Of a stretch of DNA of 64,000 bases, positions 1-12,217 are shown one piece after another. Both the position numbers and the translations under genes were made by a program. The notes beneath the pieces were generated by a model. The model was not told where the DNA came from, made no database searches, and worked only from the letters and a program-made list of their open reading frames with translations. Source of the stretch: Spongospora subterranea f. sp. subterranea (taxonomy: Eukaryota); contig JAUGWO010000057.1 of assembly GCA_049724395.1 (NCBI GenBank), positions 1 through 64,000 of the forward strand, written 5' to 3'. Within the stretch, counting starts at the first letter, position 1. Every line of letters begins with the position of its first letter.

Positions 1-1399
1 TTGTGCTTTCAGTGACAAAAACTCCGGTTTATTGGATCTCAATGCTCTTGTTCTGGCTATTTCAATGTCAAAAACCGCAGAAGAAAAACTCAAACTGTGC
101 TGCGAATTCAACGAGAGGTACCGATCAAGTGGCCACGAAGCTCGATATCATCTCCGACAATATCATAGCCAGTCTCCGAAACCCATCTGGGGGTGCTTTG
201 TTCATCACTGTGGCCAAAATACAAGTGAGTGGATTCGAAAATGGGGCCCTCGATTCGCACATGGGGGATTCAGAACGCGGAAATGTCAGGGCCTGAAGTC
301 CCTTCAATGCGGATCGATCGACCGACCATTTGATATTCCAGCAAGACTTTGTCTTCGCGGTAAATCAGCCCGAAAACTCCTCCCAGCGCTTTCCGAAATT
401 TTCGAACAGTATGATCAGTTCGTGATTGCGAAGACAGCAGTACAGAGATCGCCTCATCCGGGTTTAACCGTTTTCATCAGAAGATGCCGTCCTGTTTACA
501 ATTGTTTACATCGTCATTGCACTGGAAGTGTTAACGAATTTGTTCGGAGATGGGGAACATCAGTACACTACACCAAGTTCAGTAATTACTGTCCTGGAAT
601 TGGCAGAAAGGAATCTGATATCTGTCAATATGAATCTCGGTCATCCAAAGGTCAAATAAGGGGTGACCCTTCAAAAGTCAACAAAAAAATTTGGTCAAGT
701 CAATAAATCTGATGAGCTTAAGAGTAGTTTCACAAGGGGTTATAGGATTTATTCTGTTGCGCTCATATCAACTTTGTTCGGGATAATTCCGTTGGGGTCT
801 TTGACACAAACCCAATTACTGAAAATGGGAAAACGCATCACGATAAATCGACTTGTCGACGAATGGGATAGAACCGATTTGTCGGAATAATCGTACAGAT
901 GGCGAGACGTTATATATCCGGCCAAGAATCACAATCGAAGCGAATGCTCTGATTTGACGATAGCGGGCGAGGGAGTCATCTCCATTGGATACGATTTGGT
1001 CACCCCCGCTCCGCCGTCTTCAAATGCCAACCTTTCCTCAGTTATTATCTGACCCCATATCGCACGAACTTGCATCGCCAGGCCTCATTGGTTCGTTCTG
1101 GTAGTGGGGCACAACGAAACAGATTAGCGACTGTGCTCCAAATTGCAACAATCCAGATTGGTGATTTGATTCTATATTCCCTTCATATACGTGTTTTCAG
1201 ACGACGAATTAGGTGAGATCGCGAGGCCCTGCCAGGGCAATTGAAACCATCACGAACTGCAAAGTCATATCAAAACACTTGGTTCTTATGGGCCGGTATG
1301 CTGCCGCACGGTCGACAGAGGAGATGATGAAGAGAGAAGAAACGAAGTAGTGTTTTATTAGAGCGGAAAAGAGTACCTAGCGCATTCCCCTTTTCTAAA

Positions 1400-1780
1400 T
1401 CAGGACCTGGAGAAGTTCGGCACAAAGTGGCGCCATGGGACGTGCTTGGAGAAAGGATTTTACAAGCTGTGGAACATCCCCAGCCGATCAGCAGTTCGAT
1501 GTCACCCGTACCCAGCGTTGCGCCTCAAATCGCAAATGGAGGAGACGTTATATGTAGCACCCTGCGATGCGATATTGTGAAGGAGCGGCGTTGTGACGTT
1601 GAGGGTCTTGTCCTGATAATACATCAGACGTTGGTCATCCATTGCCGAGATGTCCGAAGTGATCAAATTTCTCACCATGAACACGTGCGCGTTGACCACG
1701 ACAACAATCTGTGCTGGACCGAACCAGTTAACACAGGAATTTCTCGGTGATGAGTAAAGCACATAATCGCCTCTCCTCAA
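1400..1780 (-). mobile_element. Ty3/Gypsy relic: integrase C-terminal (GPY/F-like) region and start of a chromodomain
   Basis: ORF 1502-1780 reads GDYVL...WFGPAQIVVVVNAHVFMVRNL...RLMYY...YNVSSICDLR and continues in a shifted frame as DIELLIGWG. This resembles the integrase tail and chromodomain of chromoviral Gypsy elements; it is frameshifted. Confidence 0.55.
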
Positions 1781-2358
1781 TAATGTTCAACCCGGCTGCG
1801 ATTCTCATAGTTTTGTTCATCGAGGACGTCAAGACCTCAATATCGCTGATCTGGGATTCCCAGCAGGAAATAATGAAGAAGGATACGCTATCAATGGGGG
1901 GATTGTTGATATTGATTCCCACAACATGATCGAGGTTCATTCTCTCCAGCAGCTCTTCTTTTGTTATTGTTCCAGCATTCTGCAGTTGAATAAGCTGCTC
2001 TGCCTTTCCTTCCTCTCTGTCCACGATTGTTGCCGATCGATATCGCCTCGCAACCGTAGGTGGTTGGTCAAAAGCAACGCTTCTACACTGTATAGAGTCC
2101 TGTGCGATTCGCCCAGGACTTTCCCCCACTGTGTTAAAGTCACTATAGTGGCAGTTCCTGGTCCAAAATCGCCCCCCCCCCCATATCTGGCAGCCAGCTG
2201 TGATGTTACACTACCTCTCCTGTTGCTGCTGTAGTGATGTGTATGTATGAGGCAGTCAGGCTGTCCAATATTGTCTGGGGATCGTTCAAATCATTAATAA
2301 TTCATTATCGACGCGCCGCGAGTACTGCTTGCTCAGCCATCCAGACTCGTTGCGAATC

Positions 2359-4070
2359 ATGGTCTCGTCGTCCAAGGCGACTGATGAATCGACCGTCAAG
2401 CAGGTTCATCGTCATTCGGCGAAAAAAGTTACTGATCATGATTTCGAGCCCGAGAAGCATTTCTATCCGCGTGTTTTGAACGCATCTTTACACGTTCGTA
2501 CTCTCGATTTGTCGTGCTGCCAATCTCATAAATGTGTAGCCAATGGTGGCATGTTTTCTAAACTTAGGCAACGAACGCATTGCGAAACGGTATACCCATT
2601 TGCACCCAGGCGTTGAAAAAGAAGCTATCATGAACATCTTCAATTATCAACCAGCTTATTTTTCATGGTCTGGTGCGGATCTGTTCCATGTCACCAATGA
2701 GCATGCTCAGAGGCAAATGATCGTCATCGAGGTAACTGGTCTTGTATGGTATGTTTGCTATATTATTTATTCGGCATATAGACCAATTCGTGCCCGTCAG
2801 GGCAGAAGTCCATGCCCGCTTGGGATAGCGCCGACGACCGCGGCGAGACGGGATATCACCGTCTCCTGCTCAACTCGTTCGCTGATCTGATCAACCGACG
2901 AGCTTCCACGCTTCCTGAAGGAGGTCTAACCTGTTTTGCCGTTTTCTTTTCATCAATGGTAAAAGTGTTTCTTTCAGGACTTGCCGCTGTCTACGATAAA
3001 AACCCCATGGAAGCATCTGGTTACGCTGCAGTTCTTGCTGAAATTTTCAAGGAGACGGTATTCTACGTCGAATTTCACAGTAATGACGTAGGGGGCTTCA
3101 TAACCAATTTATATTCTGTCACTAACTGTGAAACAGCCCGATCCGCCGGTGAAATGGATTGATGGAGTTATGTACGTTCGAGATGAGGCCGATGCCTGGC
3201 ATCCAATTCGCGCCGCTTTCCGATATGTCACACAAAAACCATGGAACCGATTTCCTGTTGTCACCAAGACATTAGTGTATAATCCTGTCCTGGCATGTCT
3301 TGCTGGTGGTCGCAACAAGCTCGTTGCTGCCAAGGCATACGATTTTTTCAACGCCGAGATGGTCAATAGTGGTCTGCAAATCTGTTCTCCTGATACAGTT
3401 ACAGATGTTACGCTGGCCGAGATACCTTTATATGTTCGTTCGATGGGCTGGCATGCGGTCATCAAAGTGCCATATTCCAACGCTGGCCAAGGTGTATATA
3501 CCATCACTTCCAAAACCGAACTTGACCGTTTCATGGCGTTGCATCATCACTATGACAAGTTTATCGTCCAGCAGCTCGTAGGAAATTTGAAGTGGTCATC
3601 GACTGGCAAGCACGGAACGTACTACCATGTTGGAACAATTCCGAATAACCGAAGCAACACATTCGTCGCCGATTTGCGAATGATGGTTGCTTCTACATCG
3701 AAAGGCTATGTCCCAATGGTTGTATACGGCAGACGAGCGCAGGAGCCTCTAGCCGACGAACTTACCGAAGTTACCGATTCGTGGGCGATTTTAGGGACCA
3801 ACCTGTCCATCAAAATGGAGGACGGCCAATGGGGCACCGACACTAATCGTTCTGGTGCTAATGGACCGTAAAGATTTCAACAAGCTTGGAATCAGCGTGG
3901 ACGACCTTATCGAGGCATACGTGCAGACAATCATGTCGTCAATGGCCATCGATAAGATGTGTAAAAAGCTCATGACAAAAGAAGGGCGATTCAATATCGA
4001 GTTATTCTCCTCGCTCAATTCCGATCATCAATTGTTTGACGAAATAATGAAAGGAGATACTACTCAATAA
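2359..4070 (+). CDS. Uncharacterised ATP-grasp-fold protein (multi-exon; 1-nt frameshift at ~3851)
   Basis: Spliced reading gives [70 protein letters not shown] and GTNLS, an ATP-grasp motif order. Short GT-AG introns join the ORFs at 2329, 2543, 2812 and 3128; the ORF at 3855 is joined across the frameshift. Confidence 0.75.
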
Positions 4071-5039
4071 AAGTTCCCTGGGTGCTCCCGTTTATTCACT
4101 GTCAGCATCGGGTGGTGATCCACCTTCAGCACTCGGACCTATAAAACATCGGGTTATCGATATTTTTCATCTTGGTCATTTGATGAAACTCTGTCCGCAA
4201 CGACTTTTATTTATTGGTCTGAAATGGGAAAAATTTTCTGGGAGTCGACACCTGGCAGTCCGCCCAGGCGTCGACCTTGTTAAGGCCACGCCGACTCAGT
4301 GACGGCCACGCTTGCACCACACTCAACCGGCCCTGTGGTAGATGTGCGCGAAGGACTAAACTGCGTATCTCTGCTCGCGGTTCACCTCATCGATCGCATC
4401 TGTGAATTAATGTCAAGCTCATTGCGAGAGTAGGACTGTTCCGTTTTAATTCAATATCTGATCTTATTACAATTTCTAGTTGTTTAGAACGTTCATTGGA
4501 CGAAACACACGTCGCTTTGGAGGAACTCTACAGAAGGTACACATATTTAATTTTCCATTTTGTATGCCGACCGTTTTTATTCAATATCCGATCTTATTAT
4601 GATTTCTATGCTTCAGAAAGCTTGTTAGACAATACTTTTATTGAAATGTTTTTGTACACACTAGTAATCATGGACGGGAGTAGCCGGTGCACGCTTATCC
4701 ACTTTCATCAACAGATCGCCTTTGAACATAGATTTACTGATTCCGTCTCAAACTTTCGTTACAGCCATACCTAAGCGTTCGTTCCATTTTTTGTACTGAA
4801 AAGAGCCAGTACCCTTTGAATGCAGAAGACGGAATGCTTCTTGGAGAGTTTCGTCAGACGCGGCATGATATGAGTTATCGTCGAACCCGAGGATAGAATG
4901 CATCTGATTATTCAGTTCCTCGTCGTTGTCCGCATGCGTTACAACGGCAGGTTCCACAACCAAGTCCTTTTCCAACGTGAACAGGTGCAAAGGGACACCT
5001 GCTTCCTTTTCTATGGCCATCGCGAGATATTACTCCGTG

Positions 5040-8000
5040 CCGAGACTTGAATTTGTCCAATTTTCCACCTGCTAAAAAGCCTTCACGGTAAATACAAATT
5101 TACAATCAATTGCTCTCCGATCTGAAGGTAACTCCACTAGAGAATATGTGTTGCGTTCCCCGAATTTGTTTGATTTCTGTTTCCATTGCCTCTTTTCAAT
5201 ATTCAGCAAATGGTGACTCAAGGGCCTGCTTGACTGTTTGCGGAATCGGAACATCTGATGCCATTAATGGCAATAGAGATACTGGTGTTGCATAACATTG
5301 TATGTGTTCTCCGTTTTGGCTCATTACTTGTCGCTGCATATTGGAGTATATAATAGCCTCCTCTATTATCTTTTCTTCTGATACAATATTGAATCGGTCA
5401 CTTGCCCAGAATTTCTCGGGTGATTGAACGTGAAATCCAAATCGTTGAGGAGGACGTCGAATGCGTTGAATTCTGCCTGTCTCTTCTGGAATCACTTCCG
5501 AGTCTACCAATGAAGAAGGTGGCATGGGCGAGACAGGCTCGGACGATGACGATACGGAGGATGGCGTTGCAGCGATTGGTTCAGGTTCAAAATTTGACGA
5601 CGCCACTGATGGAGGTGATACAGGGTTGATTCCAAGGGGTGTAATGGAGATGATGGAGGTGCATATGGAAGCGGCATTGGAACCAGTTCGTCGGATGTTT
5701 GGTATGGAATAGGTTGATTCTGTACAATATTTGTCGCGCCATCAAGTGCCTTGGCAAAATCAAAGTGTTTCTCATCAAAAACTACCATATCAGATATAAC
5801 AATGCGTTTCTTGAGGACGTCGTATAGACGCCATGCCTTCTGGCGGCTGCTATAACCCAGCATGACACAACGAGAAGCACGAGGATCGCATTTTTGCCTC
5901 AACTGATCGGGAATCCGAAACCAGGCATTACACCCAAATACTCTTAAATATGAAAGGGATGGCGCCTTATTAAACCATGCTTCATATGGTGTCATCTTGA
6001 TAGTGCGATGGAACCTGCGATTATACAGATGAACTGCATTTCCCATTGCATCTGCCCAAAATTTCTCACTCAGCCCAGCATGTAGTCGGAGCGACTCGGA
6101 TGTCTCTAATAGTGTTCGATTGAGTCTTTCAGCAATGGAATTTTGTTCGGGGGTGTATGGAACGGTGGTGCGATGAGCAATCCCTTGTTCTTGTAACCAG
6201 CTTTGGAGAGCATTTGACATATATTCGCCACCGTTGTCAGATTGCAATGTGATGATCTGCTGTAACCTTTTGCCTTTATATCGAGTGGATTGCATTGCAA
6301 ACTGTTTTATCTTCATGAACGCTTCCGACTTGTTTTGAATGAAGTATACCGTTGCATATCTGGTGCAATCATCAATGAACGTAATGCAATATCTAGCGTT
6401 AGAACCGAATGCTGCCTGGTGAAATGGGCCCATGATATCTGAAAATACGAGAGCTAATGGAGTACGAGAGCGATTCTCTTGATTTCGGGCTGGATATGGC
6501 CCACGAGTCAACTTGGCCAACAGACAAGCCTCACAAGACTTGTGATCTCGAGATTCATCATCATTTCGATTAACAGTGATTGACTTACGTTGAAGTAGAT
6601 GATTGACGCAGAGGTCACTGCAATGACCAAGGCGTTGATGCCAAATTTCCCGAGTTGCCGATGACTGACGTTGCGTAAAATTGACCTTGCACGATTCAGG
6701 GTCAATGAGGCGTTCATTTCTTGTTCGCGTGGTTGACGGCACAACCGCACCAGATTGGCAGTCACCACAGGGAAGGGAGTAAAGACCATTGATACGAGGA
6801 ACGTCGACAAGTTTCTGTCCAGATGGCTCCGATTGAACTGCTTTAAATATACAACATGTATCACCACTAAACCAATATGACAATCCATTTTGACAGCTAA
6901 CTCCAACTGAAAGGAGATTCCGTCCCATTTCTGGAACATGAAGAACTGTCTCCATGACACCTTTGCTCTGGCCAAATTGTACTTTAGCACGTCCAATACC
7001 GATGCCAGGTTCAAGCTGTCGATCATCACCTACTGAAACTCCAAATCTCCACGGTCGAATGTTGCTCAATAAAGATTGGTCGTTGGTGATATGCTGATTG
7101 CAACCACAATCAATCAGCCAACAGCGCTGGCAGGATTCTGGTTTTTGTGCAGACACTGTGTAACTCTTAACCACATCTATTTTATGTGATGATCGGCGTG
7201 GTTTCAGCTCTGGATGGAGGATCCAACAAGTCTTCTTATAACAAGGTTTCGCTCGGCAATGACGGCAATGAACCTTTAGGGCTTGAGTAACCGCGGCGTT
7301 CACACGCGCTTCGAAACTTGTGGATTTGTAGTTCGTTTTGGATTCAGCCAAGGACTCAGACTCGTGCAAAGACGCAAGTAGTTCGTCAGTTCCCGGTAGG
7401 CAATCGACCTTCCGCGCAGCTAGGTGCCTCACCTCAGTTCTTCCGTCCTCTATGGGAGTTTTGTATGATCAATTCACGTCTATGATTATGATGATCAGGG
7501 CGGATCAGAACTGAGGTGAGGCACCTAGCTGCATTCTTGACTCTTGCCCCGTACATCATGACTGGTTCGTCATCATCTTGGGTGATTGTCAGTAGTTGGC
7601 GAACCGCCCGGATAACTATACGGGTTAAACGTGTCCCATATTGCCTTCCACGACTGATGAGCAGTTGTCTTAGTTGATAAACTAGCCGTTGAAGCGGCGG
7701 TCGACGTTATCAGGTGCATCTTGATCAGAGTACGTGCTCGCCGATCACGAGCGCGGTCGACATCTGAGACAATTTCCGGGGAAGATAGCGACGGCCGGCC
7801 GTCTTCAGTGATTCCGACTATATCGTCAATCCCCTGATCCCGAAGGACATCGGAGGCCGCCTCAATCCAATCCATAAATTTATCGTAGGCTCCATCGAAT
7901 TTTTCGAACTTGGTCTCGAACCTGGATGTCGGACCATAGTGCAACGCATTTGTTGTTATTGTGGTTGAAGAACTTGGGCCGCTAGCTTCATGATTTGCTC

Positions 8001-8420
8001 GTAAAATAAGAGCTTTGTACTCCTTGACCAGGTCTTCTTTCTTACGCTCTTTGATCAGTTCCTCTAATTCCTCGATAGATCGAGATTCCAAATTAACCTG
8101 ATCAACATCAGGTTCAGAAGGCATAGCTGCTCTCTAAGCGCTTCGACTGTTAATCTAATGATTCATCAAATAGAGAGTGAGGTTTATTACGAACTATCGT
8201 ATTTACATCATGATAGATGCGTGTATATATGGCACACATGTGCCTAGCGCCAACTCAGGTTCATGATGGCGCCAATTCCGATATGGCTGCAGTTTCAACA
8301 AAACTTTGCACAAAGTCTGGGCCAGAATGTCCACACAATGTCTCAACGGTTTTGCCAACTCATAGAAGTCGCATTGCCAATGGACGAACCGTTGGAACAC
8401 CAACTTGTTGCAACACTGTT
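5040..8420 (-). mobile_element. Defective Ty1/Copia LTR retrotransposon (gag, protease, integrase, truncated RT)
   Basis: gag at 8124-7573 (KFDGAYDKFMDW...TAHQSWKAI); Zn-knuckle-like CRHC; protease WLIDCGCNQH; HHCC (WHQRLGH...CEAC); integrase SDIMGP / SDNGGEY / PEQNSIAERLNRT; RT start YSLVELPSDRRAIDCKFVFTVK...GKLDKFKSR, which breaks off near 5040. IN precedes RT, the Copia order. A putative single LTR spans ~8148-8420. Confidence 0.92.
7416..7532. repeat. Perfect 25-bp inverted repeat with 67-bp spacer inside Copia gag
   Basis: gcagctaggtgcctcacctcagttc (7416-7440) is the exact reverse complement of gaactgaggtgaggcacctagctgc (7508-7532). Confidence 0.95.
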
Positions 8421-8457
8421 ACAGCTCGTGCTAAACACCACATCTTGCAGTGTGTGT

Positions 8458-8818
8458 GTTACACACGCTACCCGCCCCTCGTTACACATGCTACCCGGCC
8501 ATCGTTACACGCGCTACCCGCCCCTCGTTACACATGCTACCCGGCCATCGTTACACGCGCTACCCGCCCCTCGTTACACATGCTACCCGGCCATCGTTAC
8601 ACGCGCTACCCGCCCCTCGTTACACATGCTACCCGGCCATCGTTACACGCGCTACCCGCCCCTCGTTACACATGCTACCCGGCCATCGTTACACGCGCTA
8701 CCCGCCCCTCGTTACACATGCTACCCGGCCATCGTTACACGCGCTACCCGCCCCTCGTTACACATGCTACCCGGCCAACCATCGCCTGATCGGGCCACCG
8801 CCTGATCGGGCCACCGCC
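8458..8818. repeat. Higher-order minisatellite: 7 x 46 bp (alternating 23-bp A/B units), then 2 x 16 bp
   Basis: A=cgttacacgcgctacccgcccct and B=cgttacacatgctacccggccat alternate strictly over 8458-8778. cgcctgatcgggccac follows twice at 8783-8814. Confidence 0.97.
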
Positions 8819-8982
8819 GTCCCTTCTCCTTGGCGGTTCATCACTGTATTCGGAGAGCGCCTCTCAGTTGCGGTAAACTGCGTCCGTGGCTCAGTGGCCA
8901 TTATCGAACCGGTAAAGTTGAAATCGTGATCACATCCCTAAAAGCGCTTCGAAATCGTGGAGGCGGACCCGTTTGCACGATC

Positions 8983-9974
8983 ATGATGCGGCCCAGATTT
9001 GCCAGCGAACGTTTACGTCGTTTGAGGCAATTTTTTGACGAAGCGATGCGGCAGCGCGCGGCCGTGAACGACCGACGCCAGTCCATCCAGTTCTATGTGG
9101 CGCCGGATCATCAGAACATCACTTTCACGTATTGCCAACAGTCTGTTTCAGTATGTGGTCGCTGTGTGGAATAATCTTGCCGGGAATGGCGCCAATAGTC
9201 GGTTTCGCTTAGCTCGTTTGTCCTGAACCCTACACGTTCCCTGATACCGAGCACGAATTGCTCGAGCACATCGGCTCGCATGCGAAATCCGTTCGCGTCA
9301 CTGGTGTCGCATTGAGCGCTGCACCAAATGCCTGTTCGCTAATATCAGGAGATTATGAAGACGTTCAAGATGCATGTGGCAGGTAATCAAGATCCTAGCG
9401 CCCCTGCTGGTTGTCTAGATAATCGATGGACATTCATTGCAGTTGTCTCTTCAATACCTCTGAGCGATCGCAACACGCCTTCCCGGTCAACGTCAGTTGG
9501 AGCGACCAAAGGTTAATCGACGAAGCGACTAGATTTGCTCCCAGCGCTATAGGAAACATCTTCATCCAGCACCACAGGATGGACCTATTCAATCGTGCTC
9601 GACAATCCATGTATGGAGATTGGGCCTTATGCATTCTCGAGGCGCCTGATTCAAGGACTAGTGATTCAAAATGGACGCTGACTCTTCCTGGAGGCAAAAG
9701 GTGATTTGGATCAGGTGCTTATGGACGTTGCTATTGATCAGCTTTACACTATAGGCATCTTGGCGAGTCGTCGTTAGCTTGCTGCCTCCGCGAACTCAGA
9801 GAGGAAATCGGTCTTCAAGCTGTCGACGTCAGCATCCGCAAACATCCTCCTCATCGGGTTGATATCGACTCTAAGGTTCTTGAATGTATTGCGATTCTTT
9901 CACGAACGCTTAGGTCATCTTTGCAGTTTTGCGGGTTCGTTCTTCACCCCAATCATTTTGAGTTAAACACCTAA
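8983..9974 (+). CDS. Nudix hydrolase (7 exons)
   Basis: Six GT-AG introns can be placed with consistent phases. Splicing 9701-9753 creates LPGGKR/HLGESSLACCLRELREEIGL, a perfect GX5EX7REUXEEXGU Nudix box. Stop TAA at 9972-9974. Confidence 0.85.
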
Positions 9975-10199
9975 GTGTCAAATGGCGCCTCTTTCGTCAC
10001 CAGCTACACTTTTTTGTTCTAACAGCGAGCGTGCTGTTCACGATGGTCTTTTCCCCACATTTATGGCATCATCGATTTACTAAATGGATCAAACGTCCAT
10101 CATCTTCATAATAAAAGGGCGATTGTCGGGTTATCACGATAACTCACCTCTCATAATTCGCTCCAGCCACCGTCCTGACAGTATTTGTATTTCTGTTGT

Positions 10200-12217
10200 T
10201 TATTTCAAATTGTTTGGAGTATCTTCTAAACTAGTTGGCATCCATTGCAGGTGAAAACCCACTGTGTATTTCGTGAAACCCATGGGGGATCTGATCACGT
10301 CTCCCGCCATGTGATAGCGGATCGAGCTGATTCCGTCGTCAGAAAAGCGAACTTTCGAATTCTGGACGTCCTGGAGATACTGCCTGTTGTAGTTGAACAG
10401 GGCTGTCACATCCAGATCTGTGACCCGATCGTGAGATAGCGCTTGATAGCGCCCAATCGTTGGGTCTAATCGTAAAGGTTCACCGAATACCGACGCGATC
10501 CGGAAATAGAGGTCGTCGTCTTCCATACCCTGAGAGTGAATGAGGTTTTGACGATAGCGATGGAGCGATTTTCCAAATCCTACCCATCCCCAATAGGCAT
10601 TGCTCATGCCATTCAACATTTCGAAGTGCTTGACGGTCAACAACAGGGCTCCTCCAACCTGTCCAGGGCGTCGTCATTATGCCAACGATTACGCGATCTG
10701 AGGTTTCGTAGACCAACCATAGCGTTGTAGGCAGGCTGCCAGTTGTATTGTGATGATGCACTGCAAAGGTGCAATGGAAGTTCAGGAATCGCGTACGTAT
10801 TGCGCTGATCGATCGGGAGTTGGTCAACGTCATGAAGCGCCATATAGGTGAAGTCATTTCGGATCAGATAATAGCCGATGTTGAATAATGCTGCCTTGTT
10901 GAATATTACGCCAGGCTCCTGCTCCACAACAATGATCTCGTAGTCTCGCCCGGCCTTTGTCAAGAACGTCGTCATATGACTAGCAAATTCCTCGAGGTTT
11001 GCGGTTCGGTTCAGCCCTTGTGACGAAGAATCGCCAGAATCCCGAAAAGGAACAACCACGGCAAGTCGGGGATTTTGAGGGTCTTGAGGTCGTGATCTCA
11101 ATTTAGCGACTTCTTCTGGAACTTGAGGGACCGGACGTAGATCGATGATGTTGTCGAGCAGTTCCATGATCTCTAACGCGGACACACCAGTGAACGGTAT
11201 CCTCTTGAGTGAAATCTCTGGCCGAAAGGATAATAGCGTTTTCCCCGCTGATTTGTTCGAATACATCTCAACGACGACTGCCGAGGGCTGAAGGAACACA
11301 AGAACGGCGTCGAGCTGACTTCTGGCCAGGATTAACACTTTCAACTGTGATATACTGTTCAACTCCTTCTTGGTGATGACATCGAGGTCGAATAACTGGA
11401 TGGCTAACCCAAAACCTTGTAGGGCTTTGTATAGCACGTGCAACGAATGATATGTTGCTGTAGATTGCGTCTGCTTGTCAATCAACACACCGATGTTCAG
11501 CCTGGACCCCGGATCAGGCAACCTGAATATGGCTCGTTGATATGCGAAACTGCCAATCGTCTGTTTATCCGAGATTGGCGCAACGGAGATGGCTGTTCCC
11601 AGACAGTGCCGCCGTTTGGCGCTGTACAGCTCAACTGAGGCGAACAGGGAAGACCATATCCCGCGAAATCTGTCAATGTTGCCGACGCCAAACAACACCA
11701 CCGTAACTTGTTTCAGATTGTTGAACTGCTTCAACGCTTTCGTGGTTCGTTCCAGAAGGGCTAAATTCTGCTCCAGATTCGATTGTTGCGATTGAGTCCA
11801 TTGCACAAACACAGTCGGGAAATCGTCGAACTTCTCACACGATAAACGTTCTGTTCGCACTTGAATATGAGGTGGTACCGAGTGATTCTCGAGTCGGCAT
11901 TGTGGTTCGACTTGCAATTTCGTCTGGGCGTCGCTATTGACCGTGATCATGGCGTTCCTGATGGTGCAAACCAAGTCCCGAACGCATGTGATATCGCTGG
12001 CCACAGACTGACATAATGATGGCTACGTATAAACTGATGTAAGCGGGATTGAAAAAATATATAAGCCCATCGTCAAACCTCAAGCGGCCGGACGTCGATC
12101 ACGAGATGACAACAGGAGCGTGGTCATGATAACCCCCCAAGTCAAAACCATGGAACTCGTCAACAGACACAATACCCTCCCGGACCTCCATTTTCGCCGA
12201 TAGTGAAAAATGTCCAT
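10200..12217 (-). CDS. Type II membrane glycosyltransferase: degenerate GT61-like region plus GT7 (B4GALT7-like) domain
   Basis: N-terminal hydrophobic anchor (RVLCLLTSSMVLTWGVIMTTLLL). GT7 motifs LAVVVPFRD, IIVVEQ, FNKAALFNIGY, ALHDVDQLP, M/VGGALLL, NGMSNAYWGW/GMEDDD. The first exon junction near 12080 is uncertain (possible indel). Confidence 0.85.

Noticed and set aside
1..1260. ORF 32-706 and a weak EF-hand-like stretch (DKNSGLLDLNALVLAISMSKTAEEKLK)
   Set aside because: No coherent spliced model or family motif could be built; the region may be a decayed gene cut by the window edge.
2140..2215. Weak similarity (tgtaacatca...tggaccagg..tgcca) between the reverse complement of this region and 54746-54805
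   Set aside because: The matches are too short to establish a repeat family by eye.
3845..3860. Programmed ribosomal frameshifting or RNA editing as the cause of the gene frameshifts
   Set aside because: The sites share no slippery sequence or context; sequencing error is more parsimonious.
4244..4276. Small GC-rich hairpin (gtcgacacctgg...ccaggcgtcgac) as a Helitron 3' end or terminator
   Set aside because: No downstream CTRR terminus and no Helitron coding sequence.
8458..8778. CRISPR-like array, or the long repetitive ORFs across it (8217-8789, 8263-8805, 8450-8929)
   Set aside because: There are no unique spacers and no cas genes in this eukaryotic context; the ORFs stay open only because the repeat lacks stop codons.
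8900..8990. LRNRGGGPVCT, resembling an amidinotransferase C-terminal motif
   Set aside because: No other part of that fold is present, and it lies just upstream of the Nudix start codon.
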